A stretch of 64,000 bases of DNA from Podarcis muralis. Lineage: Eukaryota. The stretch lies in assembly GCF_964188315.1 (NCBI RefSeq), contig NC_135659.1, positions 72,726,001-72,790,000 of the forward strand. Direction: 5' to 3'. The first letter of the stretch is position 1, and the number at the start of each line of letters is the position of its first letter. The position numbers were made by a program, and so were the translations under genes. Below are positions 41,560-54,409 of this stretch, piece after piece. Below the pieces are notes generated by a model that saw only the letters and a program-made list of their open reading frames with translations, did no database searches and was not told where the DNA came from.

Positions 41560-42300
41560 GATCAAATGACCTTTACTGGAAGATGGGCTGGAGTGCAACC
41601 TTGCTGGTTCTTGATCTTTCTGTACCAGTAGGCTCTGTGAAGTGGGTGTTGGAGGCACTGTAATATGGTGGTTCTGCTCTTATTTACAACATCAATACCA
41701 GAGAGAATTGGGAAGCTCCTCAGTCCACTGCCACTTGTCCTGCAGGATACCATATTGTTGTCAATGCTGTTTGATATCTATATGAAGCCACTGGGAGTAA
41801 TTGTCTGGGGTTTTGGAATGCAGTGTCGTCAGCATGCCAGCAAACTTCTCTCTTCCACCTGAATCAGGAGAGGCTGTTTAGGAGCTCAACCAGTGTCTAG
41901 AGGTAATAATGGGCCAGATGAAAGGCAGTAACTGATAAGACGAAGGTACTCTTGGGGAGCATTTCCTGGGTCCATGGGGTTGAGTTACAGTCAAACCTTG
42001 GTTCCTGAATGCCTCCGTTTTGAAACGTTTCGGCTCCTGAATGCCGAAAACCCGGAAGTAACTGCTCTGGTTTTTTAACAATTTTCAGAAGCTGAACATG
42101 CTACATGGTTTCCATTTTGAGTTTTCCTAGTGTATTGAGGCTTCCACTTTCAGTTTTTGGTTGTCGAACGTTTTGGAAGTCAAACAGTCTTCCTTAACGA
42201 ATTACATTTGACAACTAAGGTTTGACCATACTGTTCTGTTCTGGATGGAGTTACCCTTCCCTTGAAGGTCATAACTTGGGAATGCTCTTGAAGCTTCAGT
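41560..42300 (+). mobile_element. Degraded L2/CR1-type reverse transcriptase fragment, interrupted by a MITE
   Basis: Remnants ATLLVLDLS, LLSMLFDIYMKPLG, DKTKVLL and VLDGVTLPLK appear in colinear order. Confidence 0.7.
41988..42228. mobile_element. Tc1/mariner MITE, family C (nested in the L2 fragment)
   Basis: TA-flanked; CAGTCAAACCTTGGTT left TIR; homologous to 38037-38277. Confidence 0.82.
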
Positions 42301-44380
42301 GACACTCCTTGTCTGCTGATTCATAAGCTATTCTCCTTCTATGACTGGGATAGCTTAGCTATGGTACTATGTACTGTCATGTTTAGGCTGTAAAACTCCT
42401 TGCTTTCCTGTGCAAATAGCAGCTTCACAAATCCTGCCCTTTACTGAGTTAGACTACAGGTCCATCTAGCTTACTATTGTCCCTGGTGATGGCTTTCCAG
42501 AGTTTCAGTTGGTTCAGCCATACCTGGATATGCTGAGGATTGAACCCAGGACTGTCTGATAGCAAAACATTTGGTCTATCAATGAGCACAGAGGCCACTC
42601 CTCAAAGTCATACACCTCGCTTGATTACTTGAAGCTTTTTGTGTGAACTGACTCCAGTGAAAAGCATTATGTTTAGAAGGATCTGAGAAGATCTGGCTTA
42701 ATAGTGAAGTTTTTTCAAACTACTACGTTAGTGTTATACGTATGACCTTCATCATTCACACATGCAAGTTGGTGCTCTGCTGCTGAAATCATAAACATGC
42801 ATGAGTGAGCCACCCCTCCATTTTTGGCCCAGACACCAGTATCCAACAGACTGTTATCCTCCTCCATGTTAGATTTCTTGCTCATCAGCTCCCACTGAAG
42901 CTGGTTTATTTAATGGATTTTGGTACAGCCTACTAAAATAGGGTCTGATCCCTGTTGGGAGGTTTCAGAGGTCGGCATGATACAAATGGAATCTGAATGT
43001 GCATGCCATGTAGTAACTCACATCCTTGCTGCAGTACCAAAATGAGAATATGGTAAGCCCACGCCTAAAGCCAAAATTGTGTATAGTCAAAACACATTGG
43101 GTGCAATGTTGGGCAGGTCTTTTTTCCCTTTCCGCCCCCCTCTTTAATTTTTGTTGCCTGGTGCATGAAGCAGAATGTGCACGAGTTAAATGTGTGTAGG
43201 TTGTGGGCTTACTGTAATGACAAGCACATGTGCAGTATTGATAAACCACCTGTAGATGCCACTCGTGTCCTGGCTGTATATCAGCATCCTTCACTTTAGC
43301 AGTGGGATTCTGTCTTGTGTACACTGCTGTACATTCCCAGCAGTACAGGGTAGCGTTGTGTTATTGCAAGAGTCAGGTAATTATAGGAACAGTGATGTGA
43401 AAGCAAGGCTTCTGTCAGCAGAAAGTTCATCCCTACAATATTGTAGCCTTTGGGGGGGGTATGTTTCCTCTTTTAACAGTAAGTAGAGCACTGTTGAAAA
43501 GCAATTAACTTAGACTTTAATGGCACAAAATTCTCATTGACTGCAATGGATTTTGGTCCCCATAAGCATTTTGACAGATGAGACAGGTGCAGAAGGGGTT
43601 TCGGGTTCATTCATGCAACCTCTCCATGTGAAATCTTAAATAAATAAAATAAAAAACAAAAAACCACCAGCCTGGATTGTGCATAGCACATGGCAGCAAG
43701 CAGGAGGCTTGCTCACCCATTACATTGAACACACGGACAACCTTGCATGTACAAGTGTCTGTGGGAAAGAGTGTAGACTTGTTTATTTGTACAACTATTT
43801 ACACTGATTATGCACTTGTTGAATTTACTTGTGAATAACTAGGACTGTACAGCTCAACTATCTGTGTGCACAGATGGTACACTTGTTGAATGAACTGCAT
43901 GCACAAATAAGGATTTGTCATGCAGCTGTGCAAGTTACATGAGGAAGAGTTGTAGTGGTCTGTTAGGCTGAACTAATGTGCTCACGGTGAACAATTCAGA
44001 ATAATGTCTCTTGGACAACAGGGTGATAAAAGGAGGACAAAAGGAGGACATAATCAATGTCCATATCTGGCAATGAGTGGAAATGGAGAAGGGAGCCATG
44101 AGTGAAGCAGATAAAGACAAATGAATGTCAGCTCCGACAGTAATTCCCGTTTCCCTTAGGCTCATTCAGATTTCAGATTTGGCGATTAGCATTCCCTCCC
44201 CTCGTTGAACTTGTTTTTGCCCAATGGTTATTTATAGATGATAAGTCCTGAACATGGGGTTGTGTCGCTTACTTTGCAGGCAATGCCTGGAGATGCTGCA
44301 CCTCCTTTTGCAGGCTGCTTTCCGGTGGCCAACATTTAGTGCTAACCTGTCCTTGCTTTGGTGCTGTAAGCTGCATGTTG

Positions 44381-45120
44381 AATAATAATGATAATGATAA
44401 TAACTTATTATTTATACCCTGCCCATCTGGATGGGCTTCCCCAGTTGCTCTGGGCGGCTTTCAAATATTAAAATGCAGTAATGCATCAAACATTAAAAGT
44501 TTCCCTAAACAGGGCTGCCTTTAGATTTCTTCTAAAAGTCTGGTAGTTGTTGTTCTCTTTGACATCTGGTGGGAGGGCGTTCCACAGGGCGGGTGCCACT
44601 ACCAAGAAGGCCCTCTGCCTGGTTCCATGTAACTTGGCTTCTCACAGTGAGGGAACCGCCAGAAGACCCTTGGTGCTGGACCTCAGTGTCCGGGTAGAAG
44701 GGGGGTGGGGTGGAGACGCTCCTTCAGGTATACTTGGCTGAGGTCGTTTAGAGCTTGAAAGGTCACCACCAACACTTTGAATTGTGCTCAGAAACATACT
44801 GGGAGCCAATGTTGGTCTTTCAAGTCCGGTGTTATGTGGTCTCGGCGGCCGCCCCCAGTCACCAATCTAGTTGCCGCGTTCTGGATTAGTTGTAGTTTCT
44901 GGGTCATCTTCAAAGGTAGCCCCACATAGAGTGCATTGCAGTAGTCCAAGTGAGAGATAACTAGAGCATGCACCACTCTGGCGGGACAGTCCGCAGGCAG
45001 GTAGGGTCTCAGCCTGCCTACCAGATGGAGCTGGTAAAGAGCTGCCCTAGACACAGAATTGACCTGCACCTCCATGGACAGCTGTGAGTCCAAAATGACT
45101 CCCAGGCTGTGCACCTGACT
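44381..45120 (-). mobile_element. L2-type LINE 3' end with partial RT ORF
   Basis: ORF 44788-45126 reads VHSLGVILDSQLSM...ARVVHALVISHLDYCNALYVGLPLKM.QKLQLIQNAATRLVTG...DHITP.LKD.HWLPV, a classic L2/CR1-group RT C-terminus. (TAT)n tail at 44381-44410. Confidence 0.9.
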
Positions 45121-47170
45121 TTCCACAGTCTGTGGGAGGAAAGAGAGAGCACTTATTTTGGAAGGGTTCAGTAAGATGTTAGATCACAATCAAGCAGGGA
45201 TTCAGAAGCTTTGGACTAGCTGACCATTGGGGTCCCTCTCAACAGTTCATTTCTATGATTCTGTAAGTGACTGACTGCAGCATCTTAAATCCCATTTTGC
45301 CCTATAATATCCATACAGAAGCCACTATTTATGCCACCCATAGCACATTACGGCTCAACTGGGGTGGTGGCAGTGCAGAAGCAAAAGAGAGCAGGGCTGC
45401 TGCACCTTTAGGAGTTATGCAGAAGAGGGCATTTCTGCAGGTACACCTCACATTAAGGCAGGGAAGGGCTGTAGCTTAGTGGTAAGACATATCCTTTGCA
45501 TGCAAAAGGCCACAGGTTCAATTCCTGGTGTCTCCAGGTACAATTGTGAGCATCCACCCTGCTATTTTCTTTGCACATTTCTACATGTGTCACTGCACCT
45601 AAGTATGTCATTTTAGCAGCATAGCCATTTTAAATTTTGCATTTAAAATACTTCTTTTAAGTGGTGTAGGTAGGGCATTTTTTAAAAAAAGATGGAAAAG
45701 CATTTCAGCACAAGTTTAAAAATTGTTTCCAGAACCCCACACCTCTAAAATTGTGCTGATATGAAGAGGCATTAGGCTGAACTGCCTGAAACATCACTGT
45801 GCATGTCAAAACCATGCCTCTTCAAGAAGGCAGTAGTGCTCAGGCGATCTTTGCCTGTGGAGAATCCTTTCTGTACCCCAAACCCATTCAGAAGTCTCAA
45901 GGATGTGGAAGAATCACAGGGAAAACACAGGCCAGCAATAATTTGGGGATGATGTTATACAGATGCCCTCAGAAAGTGAGTAAACAAAGAGTGATAATCC
46001 CAGAGTAAATACCCAGTGTGTGAGCTCAGCCACCCTTACACTTTCATCTGGGTGGAATCCTATTACTAGTGGTACCGACTTGGAACGTTGCAGCATCTTT
46101 TTGGCAAGAGCCCACTCACTGAGGAGAGCTCCTGGCAATGTTTGCAACTGTAAAATATTTTCAATGTCTCTTCTAAAGCACATTAAATTTTCATAAATTG
46201 GAGGCTAATGTTTTAAACATGTCTCATTACAGGAGAGAAATTCGCCAGTCATCTCTGTTAATTAAAACCATTTCCCCCCTTCTCTCAAATTCAGAAAAGA
46301 GAGAAAAGCTTAAAGCAATGATGGGAAAGGCAAAGAGGGGTGCTAACTTGCCCCACTAGGAAACATTTTCAGCCAGTAGCAATTATTTCCAGTTTCTGGG
46401 ACCAAGGTTTTGCCAAGCTTGTTTATCTAGTTTATCCATCTTGCCTTTTGACTAATCACCAGGGCAGCAGAGAGAATCTTGCTGCATTGGGTGAAGTTCA
46501 GATTTGTTTTGTTTGACCTCCCACTTAACTTCAACGGGACTTCTTTCAGATCTGCATATGATTTAAACTGAATTAACAAATGCAAAGGATTGAACACAGC
46601 CATTTTGTTTTGCGAGAGTCAGAACCCCATATACCGGTAATTATATGTATTTTACAAAAATAGGCTCCACACTATCTCCTTTCCCCTTCCTAGGTGGCTT
46701 ACAATTATTATTATTTTAAAAGCTCTCAAGATACAAATCAAAACTGAGTGAAACCACAGCAAAAACAATGCCATAAAACAAAGCATCAACTGTATTCCGA
46801 TCTGCATGTGTGTCTATAAACATATGAGCTTGTGTTTTGTCTACGTGCTCATGGAACTAATTTGGGGAAACTGCTGGAAGTGATTGTGTGCCTCAGGTGA
46901 TATTGCGATGGATATGGTCACTAGTTTATAAACACCAGCATTGCCTTGCTTATTTGGGGGAAGTTGGCAAGAACCAACGAATACCAATCTTAACAAATCT
47001 ACAATGTTTATTTACACAAAATGGTGAATGGGGAGTAAATGGCCTTGCGGCTTGAAGCACCAACAAAGAAGGATAGCAAGATGGTTGGTTGTTTCACATT
47101 ACACAGTATACCCAAACTCACATGGAACACAGTGGAAGTTATTCAGCCAATTTTTACTCAAAGCAAACCT

Positions 47171-47333
47171 ATGATGATGATGATATTTGTACCCCACCCA
47201 TCTGGCTGGGTTTCCCCAGCCACTCGAGGCAGCTTACAGCACATATAAAAAATTGTAAAACATCAGACATTGAAAATTTCCCAATAGAGGGCTGCCTTCA
47301 GATGTCTTCTAAAAGTCAGGCAGTTGTTGATTT
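47171..47333 (-). mobile_element. L2-type LINE 3' tail fragment
   Basis: Same cccatctggctgggtttccccagcc...agggctgccttcagatgtcttctaaaagtc sequence as 44420-44540. Confidence 0.75.
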
Positions 47334-48411
47334 AGGTTGTTAAATGTAGGTTCATTCATTTCAGTGGGTCAGCTCTGAGAAAAGCTTATTTGAATGCCTC
47401 CCAATTCCCATCCTAGACTGATGGTCCAGAACAATAACTTTGTCAATGGTACTGAAAGCTCCTGAGAGGTGGAGAGTGAGCAAATAAGATTATACTCTCC
47501 CCATATAAGTGATCCAACACAGGCAACCAAGATAGGTTCATTGCCAAACCCAGAATAGAAGAAAGGCTGAAATGGATGTATATAATCAGGGTCACCCAAG
47601 ATTGCCTAGAGTTTTAGAACACCTTATACAAGCACAGGATATAAGCGAGTATAGCTGGGACTACTCAGTTTCATAATGCAGTATTAATCTCTTCCTGGAT
47701 CCATCTATTCATCCATTTCCTGCTCAATATTATCAGTCAGGTAGGCAAGCAGGCAAATAATAAGCCATTCCTTTCCAAGCACCTTTTCTGCATCCTCAGG
47801 CTGCAATAATCGAAATTCATCCAAAGAAATATGACTTAGCTGTGGCTGTTCTGCCCACATGATGGCATGCAAGTCAAGACAGATTCAAGCAACTGTGTTG
47901 TCACAGTGCTTAGCAAACAATTCACAATGGGTTCACTGAAGTTTCCTTAAGATCAGCGGCATGCCCTCTTGAAAAAGGCCTGGAGCACTCAGAATAGCTT
48001 CACAGGAAGGCACTGCAATGGTGGCAGGGAAAGTATTTATTCTCTGCTTCCATGACTGCTTTATAATTGATTTGCGTTGAGTTGGTGAGGCCAACAGATA
48101 GCCTGGCAGGCAGGGGAATCTGCCCTGTAGTTTGGGAGGAGGAAAGAGGTAAGAGAACTTAAAGTGGTGGATCAGTCATCAAGCTTGCAGGACCATGGAC
48201 AGATCACTGAGGGCAAGGAATGCACAGAAATGAAATCCAAGCTTCAAAGGGCACCTTGTATTCTTCCAAGACATCCCCCTCCCAGCCCCATGACTCAAGA
48301 ATTGTGATCCTTGGTCTGGAGCCTTTTAGGCACATCTTGGATACTGAGACATGGTTCCTTGGAGTGGAGTCTGGCTTGGGAGGAACTCTCTTTGGTTGCA
48401 GGAATCTCAAC

Positions 48412-48825
48412 TAAAGCATCCATGACAGATGACCATCCAACCTCTGCTTAAAAACCTCCAAGGAAGGAGAACCCACAACCTCCCAAAGGAGTCAATTCCA
48501 CTGTCAAACAGCTCATTGTCAGCTGATGTTTAGTCAGAATCTCCTTTCTTGTATCTTGAATCCATTGGTTCAAGCAGAAGGAAACACACTTGATCCCGTC
48601 TCCATGTGACAGCCCTTTAGATATTTGAAAATGGCTATCATATCTCCTCTCAGCCACCTCTATTCCATCTCACTCAATGGTTCCTCATAAAGCTTGGTTT
48701 CCAGATCCATGATCATCTTGGTTGCCCTCCTCTGCATGTCAATATCCTTCTTAAATTTGTATACCCCCCTTTACCCACAGGTATTAAGTTGTGGCACCCA
48801 GAACTGGATAGAATATTCCAGGTGT
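48412..48825 (-). mobile_element. CR1 LINE fragment
   Basis: ccatccaacctctgcttaaaaacctccaaggaaggaga...tttgaaaatggctatcatatctcc...gtggcacccagaactgga; remnants of the CR1 RT end. Confidence 0.7.
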
Positions 48826-50535
48826 ATATGAATTACCTTGAGTTTCTCTGTGTGCTTTATCTTCAGTGTCATATTTTCATTTTTTTAAAGAAATCTCTGT
48901 GTTCTCCTGGCTCCACGTTATGTATGACAAATATTGCAATATCTATTATGGTAGGGTATTTGGGGGTAGGGTGTGCACTAGAATTATGCCTGGTCCATTG
49001 TAATATATAGTTTTATCTGTTATGCTAGGTTTATACAAGTACACAATGAAACCATTTTTCTCAAAAACAGGCTGAAGAGTTTATTTATAGTAAGGAACTG
49101 ATTCATTGATACTTCCTATCCAGTTGATTGGGAATGAGCTTTGCAACCTCAGTATATCTGATAAGATATAATGTACAGGATAAGACACCTTCATGTTCTA
49201 TTGTTCTTGATTTATATTTGCATTTTCTGCAGGTATCTGTATCCATTGTCATTGTTCACTGGCAGCAAGTACAGAGCTTTGGATAGCAAAGTTTCAGTTT
49301 CTGCTTTAAACTGACCTGCCTTTAGACTTTTCACTGATGAGGGTATGCCCACATCTCCATTGCTAAAGCTGTCTGGGTATTGCCAGTCATTGGTGTAGCA
49401 CTAAAGAGTCGATCTGCAATGATGGCTGCAATGCATCCCTAATTATTATCATTGTATGATTATCCAATTGTTGGGTAATCTTAGAAGGGGGCATGGCTAT
49501 GAGGGAGTGTGGCTGTGACTGTCATAAAGGAACCCTGCAGTTCCGAATTTGCCACTACACAACTATTCCCATTGCAGGGTTTTGGAATTCCCTGTTTTGG
49601 TTCTTTCTTTTATTGATACTGAGAGTGGATGGAATAATTCATCACTGAGTTTTAGAGAGGTGACAGTTTAATCAGCCTAGGCCACTGCCTGGAAAACTGG
49701 GTGATCAGGTGCCTGATTGAGAAGAGTGCACTCTACCTTTTTCAAATCTCAGGGCAGATAGACTTTCCACTGAGAGATTTTCCTGATGCTTTCTGAACTT
49801 CATCACGGATGCGCAGGCTGACGAGCTAATTCAAGTCTTCATCAGACCATTTAATTATACCCATTGAGTAAGTCAGAGCTGGGACAGCTCCAGTGTTAAT
49901 TTCACTGGGCATTTCCCCCCTCCTTAGCTGTAAGCTAAATTTTCACTATTTTAAGAAATGTCTGCCTATGGAGATACTGGTAAGAGAATCTTAAACCTGA
50001 GTGGTCACTCTGATTGTTCCTACTGATACTGAAGTTCCTTTACATGGAATCGCTAGCAAGTGCAAGGAGCAGATCAGAGTCTACCAGGTGTTCTGGAAGT
50101 TCTTCATATTTACAGAACAATCCTAAGGGAGGGAAAATCCATAGTAGAAGAACTGCTAAATGTAAAGTGTATCTGGGCTCCCTTTAGCAGGGCAGAAATG
50201 TTATGTGCAGATACTTTGTAATTTTCCTACCACCGTTTCTTACTGATCTGCCCATTCTTTAGGTGGGGTTTTTTTTTGGGGGGGGGGTCATATTTCCCCT
50301 TCTATTGGTAACATATGCCAGTCTCAGACCTGGCATATACCCTCCCCCTTTCTTTTGTGTGTGAGTGGTGGTGGTGGGGTTCTAGCAAAGGAAGAGGTTT
50401 GGATCTAGTGGATCCAGAGCCTCGCCTGATCTGCCCCAACCTGCCTGTGGAATGACCCCCTTTCCCCTCTCTGTGTGGGTAAAGGAGACGTTTCCCCCAT
50501 TGCTCTGGGGAGGCATCCAGGAGCAGATCTCCCCT

Positions 50536-50540
<5 letters not shown>

Positions 50541-50588
<48 letters not shown>
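50541..50588. repeat. (GA)24 microsatellite
   Basis: Counted directly. Confidence 0.98.
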
Positions 50589-50591
<3 letters not shown>

Positions 50592-51583
50592 CAAAAGCAA
50601 AAGTGAGCGCTTGCTCCTTTATATCCTATGCCCCCTGGAATGTCCTCCTAGGGACCATGAGATCACACATTTTCTAAAAGGCCAAGTGACATTTTTATTA
50701 CTGGGATGAAAATTGTTGTGGCTCCTATGAGCCTGTCAAGTCTAGTTGGAGATTCATCCATACACCAGGTGTTTGTTTACTTTCCCATTAGATTTCCTAT
50801 GCTATAAGAGCATCCTTAGAGAGTCCTGCTCCATGTGTCATCTTTTCATTGAGTTAAATGATGCTCCGTTCAGGATATATCCCCCCCCCCATAGTGGTGC
50901 CATAGTTATAAAACATGATTGGTCACCTCTTTGATAGCTGGAGCCTTGCTGCTGCTGTTTTTAATGCTTCTTATGTAGATTTTTAATCCCCCCTCCCCAA
51001 TATAACCTTTGTAATTGTCACGTTCTTCTCCATGCTATATTATATTGCATGCTTTGATTTTCTTAAAAAAACAAACCCAAACAAGCTATTGAGCTCAATT
51101 ACCTTGAGCTCAATTGTATCAAAAGGCAGCAGAGAAATCCTGTCAATCAATAAGAAGAAACAGCATAGGGTTGCCAATAGAATGTTGGACGTGGAATAGG
51201 GAAGCAGCAAGCGAATGACTGGAAGAAGCAACCCTCCTTCCAAGCACTTGCTTTTGTATGCAGGCTTCTGCTTTCCTCCTTTCTCGGCTGTGGCAAGACT
51301 GCTAGCATTTCTGTTATTCTCTGTAAGCTGCTACATTGGCTGGGAAGATGGAAGGATGGTTGTCATTTCCAGAGGGATCTCAGACTGGGATGCTTTGGGC
51401 AGCCTGGGCAGAAATGAACAGGGTCAGTTTTACTTTCTGGCTCCTCCTTCTTCACATTGGTAAGCCTTTTCACTGCCCATAAAGCTGCTGAACTGAAAGG
51501 TGTTTGCAGTCACACAAGGACAGGGGTGTGTTTAAATTTTGCCTGCCCCCGAGGGCAATGAGATAAATTTAATTGCCCTCATC

Positions 51584-51681
51584 GTGGAATCCCTTGCAGA
51601 TGACTGCAGTGCCTGCAGACAGATAGACAGACAGGTTGTGTATCCATAAAGTGGAATGAAGAAACGCCATGGTGCATCTGC
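51584..51681 (+). mobile_element. Small RTE LINE fragment
   Basis: gtggaatcccttgcagatgac...gaagaaacgccatggtgcatctgc matches the reverse complement of the RTE at 1700-1835. Confidence 0.65.
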
Positions 51682-51704
51682 TTTTGGTTTTCCTCAATAC
51701 CTTA

Positions 51705-51894
51705 GGTAAAAAAAAGGTAAAGGACCCCTGGACAGTTAAGTCCAGTCAAAGGTGACTATGGGGTTGCAGCGCTCATCTCACTTCAGGCCGAGGGAGCTGG
51801 TGTTTGTCCACAGACAGCTTTCCGGGTCATGTGGCCAGCATGACTAAACCACTTCTGGTGCAACAGGATACCGTGACGGAAGCCAGAGCGCACG
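51705..51894 (-). mobile_element. Sauria SINE, 5'-truncated
   Basis: aaaggtaaaggacccctggacagttaagtccagtc... Confidence 0.82.
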
Positions 51895-51899
51895 TACCC

Positions 51900-52255
51900 T
51901 GAGCTTTTCATCTGAGGCCCTTCTCTATGTTCCCCATCCCTGACTGGTTCAGAGGGTGACAACATGAGAACGAACCTTTTCTGTGATGGCTCCCCATCTG
52001 TGGAACGCTCTCCCTAGAGAGGCTTCCCTGGCACCATCATTAGAGGTCTTTAAGCAACAGACAAAAACATTCCTCTTTACTCAGGCCTTTGGCCATGAAA
52101 TAAACTATGGCCTGTTAAAGCTGTGGGTGGGTGGGGAGACTGTTGTTATGATTATTTTATTATGGTACTGTATATTATGATGCTTTTTTATTACCTGGGA
52201 TCTTTTGATAAAGGGCAGTATATAAATGGGAGTAGTAGTAGTAGTAGTAGTAGTA

Positions 52256-52311
<56 letters not shown>
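51900..52311 (+). mobile_element. L2-type LINE 3' fragment ending in a compound microsatellite
   Basis: tctgaggcccttc...aaaacattcctctttactcaggcctttgg; tail (AGT)9(AAT)18. Confidence 0.7.
52231..52311. repeat. (AGT)9(AAT)18 compound microsatellite
   Basis: Counted directly. Confidence 0.97.
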
Positions 52312-52312
<1 letters not shown>

Positions 52313-53123
52313 GCATCTGCTTGGCCAGTGTGATAACAGGACGCTGGACTAGATGGGCCATTGGCCTCATCCATCTGAGCTCTTCTTCTCTGCTTAGCTT
52401 TGTAGAACATGTGACCAGACTCAGGGAAGAAGTCTGTAATTCACAAACACAATCAGCAAACATTTTCATGCACAGGGATTTAACTCGACTTCAGAGGGGC
52501 TTATTATAGGTAACTGACAGACTGTTACAAGTCAACGAGTCTGTTATTGTCTCAGGTATTTTAGAGCTCATCTGGGTAATGACTGGAGCTGTGCATGCAA
52601 TAAAATGTCTGTTGCAAAGAAGTCTCCAAGGAGGATGAAAATTACCTTCGTCTTTCGGCCATTTGATTCACTAATTATCCAGAAGAAAAGTTTGGATTGT
52701 GTGTCAGCTTCCTAAATTATTATAAAGTCTGCTGGAGGAAGAACACCATGGAGGGAGAGTGCTGGAGAACTGCTCCAGAAGATAAGAGGAAAAGTTGTCA
52801 ACTGCCTGCCTCGTTATAAACAGGTGTTCAAATGATTAGTTATCTGAAATTACCCTGTGCTTCAGAATGGAGGAAGGGCAGGATATAAAAACATTTAATA
52901 AATGAAAGCAAACAAGAACATTGCAGCAGATTTAATTCAGGCACTGATGAAGAGTTAGTTTTGTGTCTGCTGCATCTCATTGGAGCTGCTGTAGAAGTAC
53001 ATGAAAGGGACAAGCAGTGGAACGAAAAGGGCGAATGAGATAATAGCAGTTAAAAATAAAACCAAGACACAGTGTTGCCACCTTTGGTCAGGCAAAATAA
53101 AGGAAAGGTCAGGCAAAATATCA

Positions 53124-53269
53124 GTCCATCTAGCTCAGTTATGTCTACCCTGACTGGCAGTGGATCCATAGGGTTTCAGGCAGGGAACCCCTCCCAGCCC
53201 TACCTGGAGATTCCAGGGATAGAATCTGGGACTTTCTGTGTGCCATGAAACTGTTCTACCACTGAGCTA
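53124..53269 (-). mobile_element. tRNA-derived squamate SINE (Squam3-like), target of a later Sauria SINE insertion
   Basis: gtccatctagctcag...ccctacctggaga...ctaccactgagcta. Confidence 0.7.
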
Positions 53270-53270
53270 A

Positions 53271-53647
53271 AGATGCAGGTGGCACTGAGGTCTAAACCAC
53301 TGAGCTTCTTGGGCTTGCCAAACAGAAGGTCAGTGGTTTGAATCCCTGTGACGAGGTGAGCTCCTGTTGCTCTGTCTCAGCTCCTGCCAACCTAGCAGTT
53401 CAAAAGCACACCAGTGCAATAGATAAATAGGTACCGCTGTGTCGGGAAGGTAAACATCGTTTCCATGTGCTCTGGTTTCCGTCACGGTGTTCTGTTGTGC
53501 CAGAAGCGGTTTAGTATGTTGGCCACATGACCTGGAAAGCTGTCTGTGGACAAACGCTGGCTCCCTTGGCCTGAAAGCAAGATGAGCTCCACAACCCCAT
53601 AGTTGCCTTTGACTGGACTTAACTGTCCAGGAGTCCTTTACCCTTAC
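53271..53647 (+). mobile_element. Sauria SINE, full length with 14-bp TSD
   Basis: TSD CTACCACTGAGCTA at 53256-53269 and 53648-53661. Confidence 0.9.
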
Positions 53648-53855
53648 CTACCACTGAGCTACACCTCTGGTACAGAATAGCTATTTTGTGTCCAAATGCC
53701 TGACCCCTAAAAGTGTACAACTCCCACCAATTGATATGTGTTGTGTGTTTGAATACTCCCTCCCCCCTCTTTTATTAAGCAGTCTCTGCACTTAGAAAAC
53801 CAAGGGACAGAGTTCAAAATGCACTCCCCTACACATTCCAGGAAAAGATTTTCCA

Positions 53856-53975
53856 CATAGGAAGCTGCCTTATGTCCATCTCTTTCAGTATTGTTTACAT
53901 TGACTGACAGAGACTCTGAAGTGTTTCAGACAGGTGTTACCCAGAGATGCTGCAATTTGAACCTGGGACCTTTCA
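53856..53975 (-). mobile_element. tRNA-derived squamate SINE (Squam3-like), degraded
   Basis: cataggaagctgccttat...tttgaacctgggacctt. Confidence 0.6.
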
Positions 53976-54305
53976 TAAGCTTCCCAACACTTTCCCCAGC
54001 ATACTGGAAACTTGCAGAACCACTTTTTTCCCCAGACAGAAAAATGTATACATGTTTTCAGAGCAGGAATGGTGCTTTCAAACTACCTCCTCATTTAAAA
54101 TCTTAAATCTGTCATCATCCAGATTTAAAGTTCTCCGCTGAGTTTTTGTAGAGTTCCGTTGAAATACAGCTGCTTCTGTATTTCTCATTTGTACCAAATC
54201 AAGGCATCAGTTGTTAGCAGTCCAGGACTTAATGTCTATAGGCTGTTAATTATTGTGCCATAATGAACTGGAGCTTCTGAATTTCAAGGTAGAGGTGTCT
54301 TAGAG

Positions 54306-54409
54306 CAGGAATGGGGAACCTCTGGCCTTCCGGATGTTGTTGGCCTACAACTCCCATAATTCCTTGTCATTTATCTACTGGTTGGAGAAGCAGAGGCTCC
54401 TCATCCCTG
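54306..54409. mobile_element. hAT-like MITE
   Basis: TIR CAGGAATGGGGAACC / GGCTCCTCATCCCTG; flanks TCTTAGAG / CCCTAGAG (6 of 8 match). Confidence 0.65.

Noticed and set aside
50382-50709. ORFs with ER/SL dipeptide runs
   Set aside because: Translations of the (GA)24 microsatellite.
52105-52509. Poly-Asn, poly-Ile and poly-Leu ORFs
   Set aside because: Translations of the (AGT)n(AAT)n microsatellite.
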